A DNA stretch of 46,848 nt from Acidobacteriota bacterium. Lineage in GTDB: Bacteria > Acidobacteriota > Terriglobia > Acidiferrales > UBA7541. The stretch covers positions 1 through 46,848 of the forward strand of contig QHYP01000110.1 of the NCBI GenBank assembly GCA_003224195.1, written 5' to 3'. The number at the start of each line of letters is the position of its first letter. Position 1 is the first letter of the stretch. A program made the translations under genes and the position numbers. Below are positions 1 to 8,787 of this stretch, piece by piece. The notes under the pieces were generated by a model that saw nothing but the letters and a program-made list of their open reading frames with translations, made no database searches and had not been told where the DNA came from.

Positions 1-427
1 CCGTCGGGATTTCGGTCGGCAAGCATTCGATTTCCACTTCGCGCGTGACCGTCTCGAAGATGCCGCCCTGCTGCTTCACGCCCGCGGGTTCGCCGAAGGT
101 GTGCACCGGCACCTTGACGCGCATGCGCACGTCCATGGCCACGCGGAGCAAATCGACATGCAGGAGCGCCCCGCTGAGCGGATCCACCTGCCAGTCTTTC
201 AAAATCGCCGACTGCCGCTTGGCCCCGAGCTTCACTTGAAAGAGCGTATTGTGGCCAGTTTCGGAGCGCAGAATCGACGTCACCTGTTTGGCGTTCACCG
301 TCACCGCGAGCGTTTCACCCTTGCCGCCATACAACACCGCAGGAACCTGGCCGGTGCGGCGCAGGCGGCGCGCTTCATTTTTGCCCCGGTCGGTCCGGGG
401 CGCTGCTTCAACGATAATTTCAGCCAT
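1..427 (-). CDS. rplY: 50S ribosomal protein L25/Ctc (5' part; runs off the left edge)
   Basis: Manual translation from ATG at 427: MAEIIVEAAPRTDRGKNEARRLRRTGQVPAVLYGGKGE... This matches the L25 N-terminal motif (GK..ARRLR..G.VPAVLYG). It lies downstream of prs, the conserved gene order. Not in the ORF track because it is partial. Confidence 0.93.
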   Translation of the reverse strand, partial: MAEIIVEAAPRTDRGKNEARRLRRTGQVPAVLYGGKGETLAVTVNAKQVTSILRSETGHNTLFQVKLGAKRQSAILKDWQVDPLSGALLHVDLLRVAMDVRMRVKVPVHTFGEPAGVKQQGGIFETVTREVEIECLPTEIPT

Positions 428-477
428 ACTTTCTTTCCTTCCGTGAGATCCCGCCCCGACTCGCCGGGGCTAAAACT

Positions 478-1440
478 CTAAATAAACAGTTCGCTGATCG
501 ACGTTTCTTCGTGAATCGAACGAATGCCGCGAGCGAGCAGGTCCGCCACGCTCAAAATCCTGATTTTCGGGACCTGGCGGCCCGCTTCGGAAAGCGGAAC
601 AGAATCCGTCGCCACGACTTCCGCGATCTTCGACTTGTTGAGGCGCTCGACCGCCGGCCCGGAGAGCACGGCATGCGTGCACGCCGCGTACACCTGCGTC
701 GCGCCTTCCTTCAAAAGCGCTTCCGCGGTCTTCACCAGCGTGCCCGCCGTGTCGATGATGTCGTCCACGATCAGGGCGCTGCGCCCGCGGATTTCACCGA
801 TCAGGTTCATCACTTCGCTGACGTCCACGTCCACGCGGCGCTTATCCACGATGGCCAGCGGGGCGTCGAGCCGCTTGGCGAAAAAGCGCGCGCGCTCCAC
901 GCCGCCCGCGTCCGGGGAAACCACCGTCAGTTTCGGCAGTTTTTTCTGCCGGAAGTAATCCACGAGCACCGGCGAGGCGAACAGATGATCCACCGGGACA
1001 TTGAAATAGCCCTGAATCTGCGGAGCGTGGAGGTCGAGCGTGAGCGCGCGGCTCGCGCCCGCCGTTTCGAGCAAGTCCGCGACGAGTTTCGCGGAGATCG
1101 GCACGCGCGGCTTGTCCTTGCGGTCTTGCCGCGCGTAGCAGTAATAGGGCACGACGGCCGTAATGCGCCAGGCCGAGGCGCGCTTGAACGCGTCAATCAT
1201 CAGCAGCAATTCGAGCAAGTGGCAATCCACCGGATAGCTGCACGGCTGGACGACGAAGACGTCCGCACCGCGCACGTTCTCGAGAATCTGAAAATAGATT
1301 TCACCGTCGCTGAAGCGTCCCAGAACCGCCTTGCCCAGTGTCACGCCGAGAGTGTGGCAGATGCTCTCGGCCAGAGCGGGGTTCGCCGTGCCCGAAAAAA
1401 TCTTGAAACGCTCGTCGTTCACGAGGCGCGCACTCCACAA
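478..1440 (-). CDS. prs: Ribose-phosphate pyrophosphokinase
   Basis: FSDGEI, YYCYARQDRK, DLHAPQIQG, VSPDAGG and the PRPP loop VDDIIDTAGT. The start may be the GTG at 1422. Confidence 0.97.
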   Translation of the reverse strand: MWSARLVNDERFKIFSGTANPALAESICHTLGVTLGKAVLGRFSDGEIYFQILENVRGADVFVVQPCSYPVDCHLLELLLMIDAFKRASAWRITAVVPYYCYARQDRKDKPRVPISAKLVADLLETAGASRALTLDLHAPQIQGYFNVPVDHLFASPVLVDYFRQKKLPKLTVVSPDAGGVERARFFAKRLDAPLAIVDKRRVDVDVSEVMNLIGEIRGRSALIVDDIIDTAGTLVKTAEALLKEGATQVYAACTHAVLSGPAVERLNKSKIAEVVATDSVPLSEAGRQVPKIRILSVADLLARGIRSIHEETSISELFI

Positions 1441-1500
1441 TCCGCACGAAACGCGAATTCCAACAGGCGGGAACGAGCGCGCAGAGAGGTCCGCTCCAGT

Positions 1501-2418
1501 TCAGCCGACGCGCGCAGCGTTCATTCGACGCAGATACCTCTCGCGGGAGAGGGTCTCGCAGACAAACGTCTGATCGTTCGGGAACCTCAGAGCGGCTCGG
1601 CGCGCCATCGCCGGGCTCGGGAAGACTCCAAACACCGCCGAACCGCTACCCGCCAGCGAGGCATCCGCCGCTCCCTGCCGAAGCAACACCCGCTTGATCG
1701 AAGCAAGCGGCCGGTGGCGCTGGAAGACCGGACTCTCGAAATCATTCAAAAGTCCGCCCTCCTGCGTGCTCCAGCATAGAGCGCAGAACTTCCAAAGTTT
1801 AGGGGTGAGGGCAGGTTTTGTCAATCTTTTGGGAAAGAGCGGCTGCGCGCGGAGCCAGCGATACGCATCCGCCGTCGGCACGTGGATATTCGATGGCGAG
1901 ACGATCAATACCGTTCGGCGCGGCCTGTCCGGCAAGGGATAGACCTCGTCGCCGCAACGAATGCCCAGAGCGCGGCCGCCGAAGAGGAAAAACGGGACGT
2001 CTGCGCCAAGGCTGGCGGCGATTTCCGCCAGGCGGGACAGCGGCAGCTTGCGGCCGACCAGCCGCAGGTAGCCGAGAAGGGCGGCAGCGGCGTCGCTCGA
2101 GCCGCCACCGAGCCCGCGGCCTGCAGGAATGTTTTTGCGGAGTTCGATCGCAACGCCGGAATGGAGCTTCAGCTCGAGTTGCAGCGCCTTTACGGCGCGA
2201 TAGACAAGATTCTTCTCCAAAGGCTCACGCGCAAGCGCTTCATTCCCGCGGATTACCAGCAAAATGCCCCGCTTGTGCGAGGCGCGCAGGCGCAGGTCGT
2301 CGTGCAGCGACACGGTTTGAAAGACCGTCCGCAGCTCGTGATATCCGTCGGGCCGCTCCCCCAGAATCTCCAGACGCAGATTGACCTTCGCGAAAGCAGG
2401 AATCCGAACCTCGCGCAT
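1501..2418 (-). CDS. ispE: 4-diphosphocytidyl-2-C-methyl-D-erythritol kinase
   Basis: PAFAKVNLRL, DGYHEL, KNIPAGRGLGGGSSDAA, LGADVPFF, NDFE, GSGSAVF. Confidence 0.95.
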   Translation of the reverse strand: MREVRIPAFAKVNLRLEILGERPDGYHELRTVFQTVSLHDDLRLRASHKRGILLVIRGNEALAREPLEKNLVYRAVKALQLELKLHSGVAIELRKNIPAGRGLGGGSSDAAAALLGYLRLVGRKLPLSRLAEIAASLGADVPFFLFGGRALGIRCGDEVYPLPDRPRRTVLIVSPSNIHVPTADAYRWLRAQPLFPKRLTKPALTPKLWKFCALCWSTQEGGLLNDFESPVFQRHRPLASIKRVLLRQGAADASLAGSGSAVFGVFPSPAMARRAALRFPNDQTFVCETLSRERYLRRMNAARVG

Positions 2419-2430
2419 AGAGCGTAGAGT

Positions 2431-4581
2431 TTACTGCGGCTTGGTATCTTCGCCGGCAGGTTTCTGCTGCGCGATGCGGTGTTTTACCTGGGTGAGTTTT
2501 TTCTCGACTTCGGCCACTTTGTCGGGTTCGAGCTCGGTCGGCAATGCCCGATGCCATTCCGCAAGCGACTTCTCCCACTCCGCCGCGGCGAGATCTTTGC
2601 GACCCGAGCGGAAGTAGACGTCGCCGAGATGGCTGTGAATGGTGGGGTCGTGACTCTCGCGCTCGACTGCCTTGCGGAGGAAAGCCTCGGCCTCGACAAG
2701 CTTATTTTGTTTATAACAGACCCAGCCGAGGCTATCGAGATAGGCTCCATTGTAAGGTTCTTCGTCGAGAGCGCGCTGCACGAGGGCTCTGGCTTCGTCC
2801 AGGCGGGTCCCGAGATCTCCGAGCATGTAGCCATAGTAGTTCAGCGCCATGGAATTGCGCGGGTTGATGGCAAGGACTCTCTTGAAGAATTCCTCGGCGC
2901 GGTCATATTCCTTTTGGCGCTCGTAGATCGCGCCGAGCAGGAACAAAGGCATTTCGCTGTCGCGCGGGGTGCCGGGTAGCACCTCGGCCGTGTGCGCGGC
3001 TTCTTCCGCTTCCTTGTAGCGCCGGCCGCGTTCATACACTTGCGCGATGTTCAGAAAGGTATCGCGATCGGACTCCGCGCCGGTGAGCTGCGAGCGGAGA
3101 ATCTTCACGGCCTCGTCGGTCTGACCGTTCTCACCGAGAAGCATCGCCCGGCTTGAGGCCAACCCCGGATCGTTCGGGTATTTTTCCAGAGCTTCTTTGG
3201 CGGTCTCGAGCGCTTTGGGTATGTCCTTCGCCGCGCGGTAGGTATCGAGAATCCACAGCCGCGCCCGCCGGTCTTCTTCGTCGCCGAGGCGCTGCATCTC
3301 CTGGAAGGTGTTCACGGCGGCAGGATAATTCTGTACTTCGCGGTAAAGCTGGCCGAGTTGCTGGTAAAGGATCGCGAGGGCCCGGGCGCTGGAAGGCACG
3401 GACGCGGTCTGGTTTTTGATCCCGCTGATGGCATCCGATAAGACGTGGATGGCGTCCTCGAAGCGTCCCTGCGACTCGTACAGCATCGCTTCGTTATAAA
3501 TGACCTCGACCCTGCCTGGATCGCGCCGGCGCGCTTGGAGAAGATTCTCCTCGGCTTTGTCAAGCTGATGGAGCTGGCGGTAGATCTGCGCGAGCCGCAG
3601 ATACGTGTCCGGATCGTCGCCGTCGTTTTCCGCAATCTTCTGGTACACGGACAGCGCATCCGGAAACTTCTCTTCGGCGAGCAGCGTCTGGCCGAGCCCG
3701 CGCTGGTAGTTTATTTCGGAAGGATCGAGAGCCACCGCCTGGCGATAGACTTTTTCGGCTTTGGCCAGATCTTTCGCCTGGGTGTAAGCGTCGCCCAAAA
3801 GACTCAACAGCGAGGCGGACGGCCTTCCGCGCTGAACGATTCCTTCGAGCAGTGCAACCGCGTCCGCCGATTTGCCCTCGTCCAGGAAAAGTTGCGTCAA
3901 CTGTTCGATGGCCTGCTGGTTCTGCGGGTCCGTCTTCAGGACGCCACGGAGGACCTCCTCCGCCTTTTGGTGAGAATTCTGCAAACGATATAACCGCGCC
4001 AGCCACAGTGCGGATTCCGAATCGGAGGGATCGAGTCGGCAGATTTCGCGGTACTGCTCGATCGCGCCCTTGATAATCTCTGCCTGCCCGGAGGGAATCT
4101 CCTGCGAGCCTGTCTCCTTTCCCGCGCCGCCGTTCGTCCCCGTGGCGCCGCCGCCGAGACTCCGCAGATAGATGCGGCCGAGCAGGCGGCGCGTCGGCAG
4201 ATTGTTCGGGTCGCGCTTCAAGAGCTGCTGCGCTTCCTGCACGGCTTCGTTTAAGCGCTGCGCCTTCCAATACATCTCCGCCAGACGCTCACCGATAACT
4301 GCGGAAGAGGGATCGAGAGCGTAGGCTTTCTTGTAGAAGTCGATGGCTTGGGTCGCGTATTCGCTGCGGCTCGTCGATTCATACATCTGCTCGGCGATGT
4401 GGCCCATCGTGTAGTTGTAGTAGGTCTCAGCGCGCTTGGACTCGAGGTCTGGAGACTCCGCGGCCCGAGGGGTGTTTGATTTTGAAGCCTCCGCTTGAGC
4501 GGCCACGCGCGAGGGCGTCAAAGCGCTAAGGGTGAGGCCCGCCAGGAAGAGCGCGCCAGCGATCTTACAGTGAGGTTTCAT
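2431..4581 (-). CDS. Exported tetratricopeptide-repeat protein
   Basis: Signal-peptide-like N-terminus from ATG 4581 (MKPHCKIAGALFLAGL...AAQA), many TPR motifs, and C-terminal ALNYYGYMLG / YLDSLGWV / HLGDVY motifs like the TPR proteins found upstream of ispE. Confidence 0.85.
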   Translation of the reverse strand: MKPHCKIAGALFLAGLTLSALTPSRVAAQAEASKSNTPRAAESPDLESKRAETYYNYTMGHIAEQMYESTSRSEYATQAIDFYKKAYALDPSSAVIGERLAEMYWKAQRLNEAVQEAQQLLKRDPNNLPTRRLLGRIYLRSLGGGATGTNGGAGKETGSQEIPSGQAEIIKGAIEQYREICRLDPSDSESALWLARLYRLQNSHQKAEEVLRGVLKTDPQNQQAIEQLTQLFLDEGKSADAVALLEGIVQRGRPSASLLSLLGDAYTQAKDLAKAEKVYRQAVALDPSEINYQRGLGQTLLAEEKFPDALSVYQKIAENDGDDPDTYLRLAQIYRQLHQLDKAEENLLQARRRDPGRVEVIYNEAMLYESQGRFEDAIHVLSDAISGIKNQTASVPSSARALAILYQQLGQLYREVQNYPAAVNTFQEMQRLGDEEDRRARLWILDTYRAAKDIPKALETAKEALEKYPNDPGLASSRAMLLGENGQTDEAVKILRSQLTGAESDRDTFLNIAQVYERGRRYKEAEEAAHTAEVLPGTPRDSEMPLFLLGAIYERQKEYDRAEEFFKRVLAINPRNSMALNYYGYMLGDLGTRLDEARALVQRALDEEPYNGAYLDSLGWVCYKQNKLVEAEAFLRKAVERESHDPTIHSHLGDVYFRSGRKDLAAAEWEKSLAEWHRALPTELEPDKVAEVEKKLTQVKHRIAQQKPAGEDTKPQ

Positions 4582-4797
4582 GGATGTCACGAAAGTACAA
4601 ATTATCCCATGCGGTGGAAACAGGGTCAAAACGTAAGACGGTAAGCGTTTCCAGAGCCGAGTGGCAACAATGAATTAGGATGCAGGCAAGCCAGCCAGAG
4701 TTGAGCGCGAGCAGGAAGGTTTTGAGAGTCGGCGCAAATGTACGTGGTAGCAAGCGACACGGTCCGTCAGCCGGAGGAGAGGGTGAGCTCCAAGGGA

Positions 4798-4834
4798 TTG
4801 ACATAGTTCTATAATTCCGCAAATATGGAATTGT
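4798..4834 (+). promoter_or_regulatory. ars promoter/ArsR operator candidate
   Basis: TTGACA at 4798-4803 and the inverted repeat ATAATTCC-N8-GGAATTGT (4811-4834) directly before the arsR start. Confidence 0.55.
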
Positions 4835-5219
4835 GTCGAAGCCAAGCCCCGCTCAAGTCGCGCGCTTCGCCGAGCGGTTCTCCGCCCTCGGAGCAGAACC
4901 TCGACTGCAGATTATTCGGTTGCTACTGTCGGCGCATCCGACCGGGATGGTTGTGGGTGAGATTCAAGACGAACTGGGCATTCCTCCGTCAACCCTTTCG
5001 CATCACCTGGAAAAACTGAAGCAGGTTGGGTTGGTCGCCGTGCGGCGGGACCGCCAGTTTCTCTGGTACACGGCGGACACGAGCGCGCTGCAGGGGTTGT
5101 TGAGTTTCCTGTACGAAGAGTGTTGCACGCGGAGCCGCGCGGTGTCGCCCAAGGCGCCGGTACAGGTTCCGGGATCGAAGGAATCAGGGCCAGAAGAACA
5201 AAAGGAGACAAACGCATGA
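4833..5219 (+). CDS. arsR: ArsR/SmtB family repressor with C-terminal CC motif
   Basis: [12 protein letters not shown]...[18 protein letters not shown] winged HTH and FLYEECC motif. Its stop overlaps the arsM start (ATGA). Confidence 0.92.
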   Translation: MSKPSPAQVARFAERFSALGAEPRLQIIRLLLSAHPTGMVVGEIQDELGIPPSTLSHHLEKLKQVGLVAVRRDRQFLWYTADTSALQGLLSFLYEECCTRSRAVSPKAPVQVPGSKESGPEEQKETNA

Positions 5220-6082
5220 GCGAGCCGCGACTCGAAGAAACGGCAATTCAGGAATCCGTGCGCAAGAAATACGGGGAAGCCGCAAAGCAAGTTGCCAGCG
5301 GAGGCAGCGCGTGTTGTGGCGGCGCCGCCGAACTCATTGGTTGCGACCCCATCGGTGCGAACCTTTACAACGAGACGGAAAAGGGCGGGCTCCCCGAAGA
5401 AGCGGTCAGGGCCTCCCTCGGTTGCGGCAATCCAACCGCACTGGCCGAACTGAAGCGCGGAGAAACCGTGCTTGACCTCGGCTCCGGCGGCGGGATTGAC
5501 GTTTTGCTTTCCGCGCGCCGCGTCGGGCCTACCGGCAAAGCCTACGGCCTTGACATGACGGACGAAATGCTGGCTCTGGCCCGTGAAAATCAGCGCAAGG
5601 CGGGAGTGGAGAATGCCGAGTTCCTGAAGGGCCAGATCGAGAACGTTCCCTTGCCGGACAACAGCGTGGACGTCATCATCTCAAACTGCGTCATCAATCT
5701 TTCGGCGGACAAGGATCGCGTGCTCAAAGAGGCGTTTCGGGTGCTGAAACCCGGCGGGCGATTTGCAGTTTCCGATGTGGTTGTCCGGGGCGAGGTGCCG
5801 GCGGCAATTCGCAAGAGCGTCGAACTTTGGATCGGCTGCATCGCGGGCGCACTCGAGGAGAGCGAATACCGCGCAAAGCTTGCCCGCGCGGGTTTCGAGT
5901 CGGTCGAAATCGAGCCAACGCGCGTCTATCGCGTGGACGACGCACGCGAGTTTTTGGCACAAGCAGGGATCGATGCTGATGCCATTGCGCCGCAGGTGGA
6001 CGGGAAATTCATGAGCGCGTTTGTGCGCGCGGTGAAACCGGCCGTTAAGGCGGCGTGCTGCGGCCCTTCCTGCTGCGCCTGA
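5216..6082 (+). CDS. arsM: Arsenite S-adenosylmethionine methyltransferase
   Basis: [35 protein letters not shown], Cys-rich termini. SD AAGGAG precedes ATG 5216. Confidence 0.95.
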   Translation: MSEPRLEETAIQESVRKKYGEAAKQVASGGSACCGGAAELIGCDPIGANLYNETEKGGLPEEAVRASLGCGNPTALAELKRGETVLDLGSGGGIDVLLSARRVGPTGKAYGLDMTDEMLALARENQRKAGVENAEFLKGQIENVPLPDNSVDVIISNCVINLSADKDRVLKEAFRVLKPGGRFAVSDVVVRGEVPAAIRKSVELWIGCIAGALEESEYRAKLARAGFESVEIEPTRVYRVDDAREFLAQAGIDADAIAPQVDGKFMSAFVRAVKPAVKAACCGPSCCA

Positions 6083-6098
6083 CCGATTCTTTTCGCGG

Positions 6099-6530
6099 AT
6101 GAAACAGCGCGTCCTCATCCTCTGCACAGGAAACTCGGCCCGCAGCCAGATGGCCGAGGGAATTCTGCGACAACTCGGCGGCGATGGGTATGAGGTTCAC
6201 AGCGCCGGCATTCGGCCCGCGGGAGTCAATCCGCTGGCCGTCGAGGCAATGGGCGAAATTGGCGTGGATATCTCACGACAACGCTCGAAATCCGTCGCAG
6301 AGTTCGACGGCCAGAGCTTCGATGCGGTAATTACCGTCTGCGACAGCGCGGCCAAACAGTGCCCTACCTTCCCCGGCGCGCCGCGGCGATTTCACTGGAG
6401 CTTGCCGGACCCCGCGACCGTGGAAGGAACCGTGGAAGAAAAGCGTGCGGCGTTTCGGTCGGTTCGGGACGCCGTCCAAATGCGCATGCGCGAGTTCCTC
6501 ACCGAAAACAAAGGCGCCCAAAAGGATTGA
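6099..6530 (+). CDS. arsC: Arsenate reductase, LMW-PTPase/thioredoxin-coupled family
   Basis: CTGNSARSQMAE P-loop, ITVCD, CPTFPG, HWSLPDP, FRSVRD; ars operon context. Confidence 0.9.
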   Translation: MKQRVLILCTGNSARSQMAEGILRQLGGDGYEVHSAGIRPAGVNPLAVEAMGEIGVDISRQRSKSVAEFDGQSFDAVITVCDSAAKQCPTFPGAPRRFHWSLPDPATVEGTVEEKRAAFRSVRDAVQMRMREFLTENKGAQKD

Positions 6531-6597
6531 AGAAGTTTCCGGGCAATTCCTGAGGTTTGCGCTATACCCGCGCGGGCGCTGGCGGCCTGGCCAGGGC

Positions 6598-6750
6598 TCA
6601 CGCCTGCTCTTCTAGTTTGCCGCTCATGCGCGTGGCGACAGCGACGGCGATTTGCGCGGCCAACCGGGCGTTGGCGATGAGCAATGCCATGTTCGCCTTC
6701 AGGGTGCGCCCACCGCTGCGCTGCGGTCTTACTACAGATTCGCGCTGCAT
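6598..6750 (-). pseudogene. psuG: Remnant of pseudouridine-5'-phosphate glycosidase (C-terminal helices only)
   Basis: 50-aa ORF MQRESVVRPQRSGGRTLKANMALLIANARLAAQIAVAVA... resembles the PsuG/IndA C-terminal pattern (GG.SL.AN.AL..NNA.LAA.IA). It is divergent from a PfkB kinase gene. Confidence 0.6.
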
Positions 6751-6795
6751 GCGAAGGCATGGGAGGGCGGCTCTACATCTGCCGGATGCTAAGAT

Positions 6796-7815
6796 GTGGC
6801 CGCCATGCCTTCCGGAAGCCGAGCCAAGCGGAGCGTCCTCGTCCTGGGCGACATCATCGTGGACCTTATCGGCCGCGTGAAAGCGTGGCCCCAGCCGGGT
6901 GACGATTGTCTGGCGCCGCGACTTGAAATGCACTGCGGAGGGGTGGCCGCCAACTGCGCCTTCGCGCTCGCCCGCTGGGGAATGCGGCCGCGATTGCTCG
7001 GCTGTGTGGGCCGCGACAATTTTGGCGAATATCTGCTGCACATGCTCCGGAGAGCGCGAGTGGACGTCCGCTGGGTGCAGCGCAGCGCCAAGGCGATGAC
7101 GGGTTTGCTCTATGTGAATGTCACACCGGACGGCCAGCGAACTTTTTTCGGCAGCCGCGCGGCCAATGGTCTGGTCCGCCGCGTGGCGCAAGGCTCCGCG
7201 TTTTATCGAGGGGCGGCCGGTGCGCATGTGGTTGGATACAACTTTCTCGACCCGGCGACCGAAAAGGCGGCGCGGCAGCTCATGCGTACCATTCGCGCCC
7301 GCGGAGGGTGGATCGCTCTCGACGTCGGCGCCTTGCCCAGCCAGCAGATTCCCCGGAAGATTTTGCAACTCTGCGCGAACGTGGATATTCTCTTCGTGAA
7401 CCGGGACGAGGCCGCTGCGCTCACCGGCATGCGAGACCCGCGAAAAGCCTTTGCGCGTCTGCAGAAAACCGGCGCGCGGCAGGTCGTGATGAAACTGGGA
7501 AAGCGCGGCTGCTTGCTGGTCGAGGACGCCACGCTGCTCGAGGTTCCGTCGTGCGTGGTGCGCGCGGTGGATTCGACCGGGGCAGGAGACGCCTTCGTGG
7601 CGGCGTTCCTGCAGGGCCGCATGCGAGGCTGGCCTCTGGCCGAGTCCGCGCTCGCCGCCAATGCGGCCGGCGCTCTGGCGGCTTCCGTCGTCGGCGCCGG
7701 CGCGAACTTGCCGGGCGCGCGAGAGGTTGCCGCGCTTCTGCGTCACGAGCGCTACGGCGGAAAGTGGGACGCGGTGAGACGGAACATCCTCGAACGTTTG
7801 CGGATTGTGAGCTGA
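6796..7815 (+). CDS. PfkB/ribokinase family carbohydrate kinase
   Basis: GGVAANCA, GCVGRDNFG, NRDEA, VMKLGKRG and the signature DSTGAGDAF. Confidence 0.9.
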   Translation: MAAMPSGSRAKRSVLVLGDIIVDLIGRVKAWPQPGDDCLAPRLEMHCGGVAANCAFALARWGMRPRLLGCVGRDNFGEYLLHMLRRARVDVRWVQRSAKAMTGLLYVNVTPDGQRTFFGSRAANGLVRRVAQGSAFYRGAAGAHVVGYNFLDPATEKAARQLMRTIRARGGWIALDVGALPSQQIPRKILQLCANVDILFVNRDEAAALTGMRDPRKAFARLQKTGARQVVMKLGKRGCLLVEDATLLEVPSCVVRAVDSTGAGDAFVAAFLQGRMRGWPLAESALAANAAGALAASVVGAGANLPGAREVAALLRHERYGGKWDAVRRNILERLRIVS

Positions 7816-7828
7816 ACGGGAGGTCGCG

Positions 7829-8719
7829 ATGACGCGAGTGCCGGAATGGAAACAAGAGATGGATCGCCCGCGGATGAAATCGCTGGCGGACCTGTTCGGC
7901 GTGCCCAAGCCTGTGATCGGGATGGTGCACTTGTGGCCTCTGCCGGGCGCGCCGGGATATACCGGCTACGGAATGCAGACGATCATTGCTCACGCGCTGC
8001 TCGATGCGGAAGCGCTGATCCAGGGCGGCGTGGACGCGCTGATGGTCGAGAACATGTGGGACCTCCCTTACTACGTCGGCAATGACGTCAAGCCAGAAGC
8101 GATGACCGCGCAGGCCGTTGCGGCGGCTGAGGTGGTGAAGAATTTCCCTGTGCCCGTGGGGATCAACGTCATTCACAACGGCGGGCTCGTATGTCTTGCG
8201 ATCGCGCTGGCGGCGGGCGCGCGGTTCATCCGCGTGTGCATCTTGACGGGGGCGCGTCTCTGGGACACGGGCGAATTCGATCACGGTTGCGCCGCGGAGC
8301 TCGTCCGCAAGCGGAAAGAACTCCGCGCGGAAGGAATTCACATCTTCGCCGACGTGGACAAGAAGCACTCCGTGGCGTTTCCCGGCCTCGACCTGGCGAC
8401 GCACATCGAGTGGACAGAGTTCTACGGCGCAGATGCGCTGATCGTCTCCGGGAGAATGACCGGCAGTGCTCCTGACATCGAAAAGGTCCGGGAGGCGAAG
8501 GGGCGGGCGAAGCGTCCCCTTCTGATTGGCAGCGGTACGACAGCCGAAAACGTCGCTGGGTTCCTGGAATACGCCGACGGTATAATCATTGGAAGCAGTT
8601 TGAAAAAGGACGGAGTGATGGAGAATCCCGTAGACGTGAACCGGGTCCGCGCGCTGATGGACAAAGTGCGCCCTGTCCGTGAAGCCGTCGCCGCGCGCGC
8701 GTCTTCCTCTCGCGCCTAA
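7829..8719 (+). CDS. BtpA/SgcQ family TIM-barrel protein
   Basis: IGMVHL.PLPG, GGVDALMVENMWDLPY, PVGINV, ADVDKKHS, ADALIVSG..TG, IIGSSLK. Confidence 0.9.
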   Translation: MTRVPEWKQEMDRPRMKSLADLFGVPKPVIGMVHLWPLPGAPGYTGYGMQTIIAHALLDAEALIQGGVDALMVENMWDLPYYVGNDVKPEAMTAQAVAAAEVVKNFPVPVGINVIHNGGLVCLAIALAAGARFIRVCILTGARLWDTGEFDHGCAAELVRKRKELRAEGIHIFADVDKKHSVAFPGLDLATHIEWTEFYGADALIVSGRMTGSAPDIEKVREAKGRAKRPLLIGSGTTAENVAGFLEYADGIIIGSSLKKDGVMENPVDVNRVRALMDKVRPVREAVAARASSSRA

Positions 8720-8787
8720 ATTTTCCGCAAATCCAGGCCGATTGAAGACCCCCTGCGTGCGCAGGGACGCGCTGGATCGTGGTTTCT

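Noticed and set aside
511-1779. 422-aa plus-strand ORF opposite prs/ispE
   Set aside because: Antisense shadow typical of GC-rich codon bias; Arg/His-rich with no motifs.
8751-8766. Hairpin CCCTGCG-TG-CGCAGGG between convergent btpA and purH
   Set aside because: No adjacent U-tract on either strand; too weak to call a terminator.
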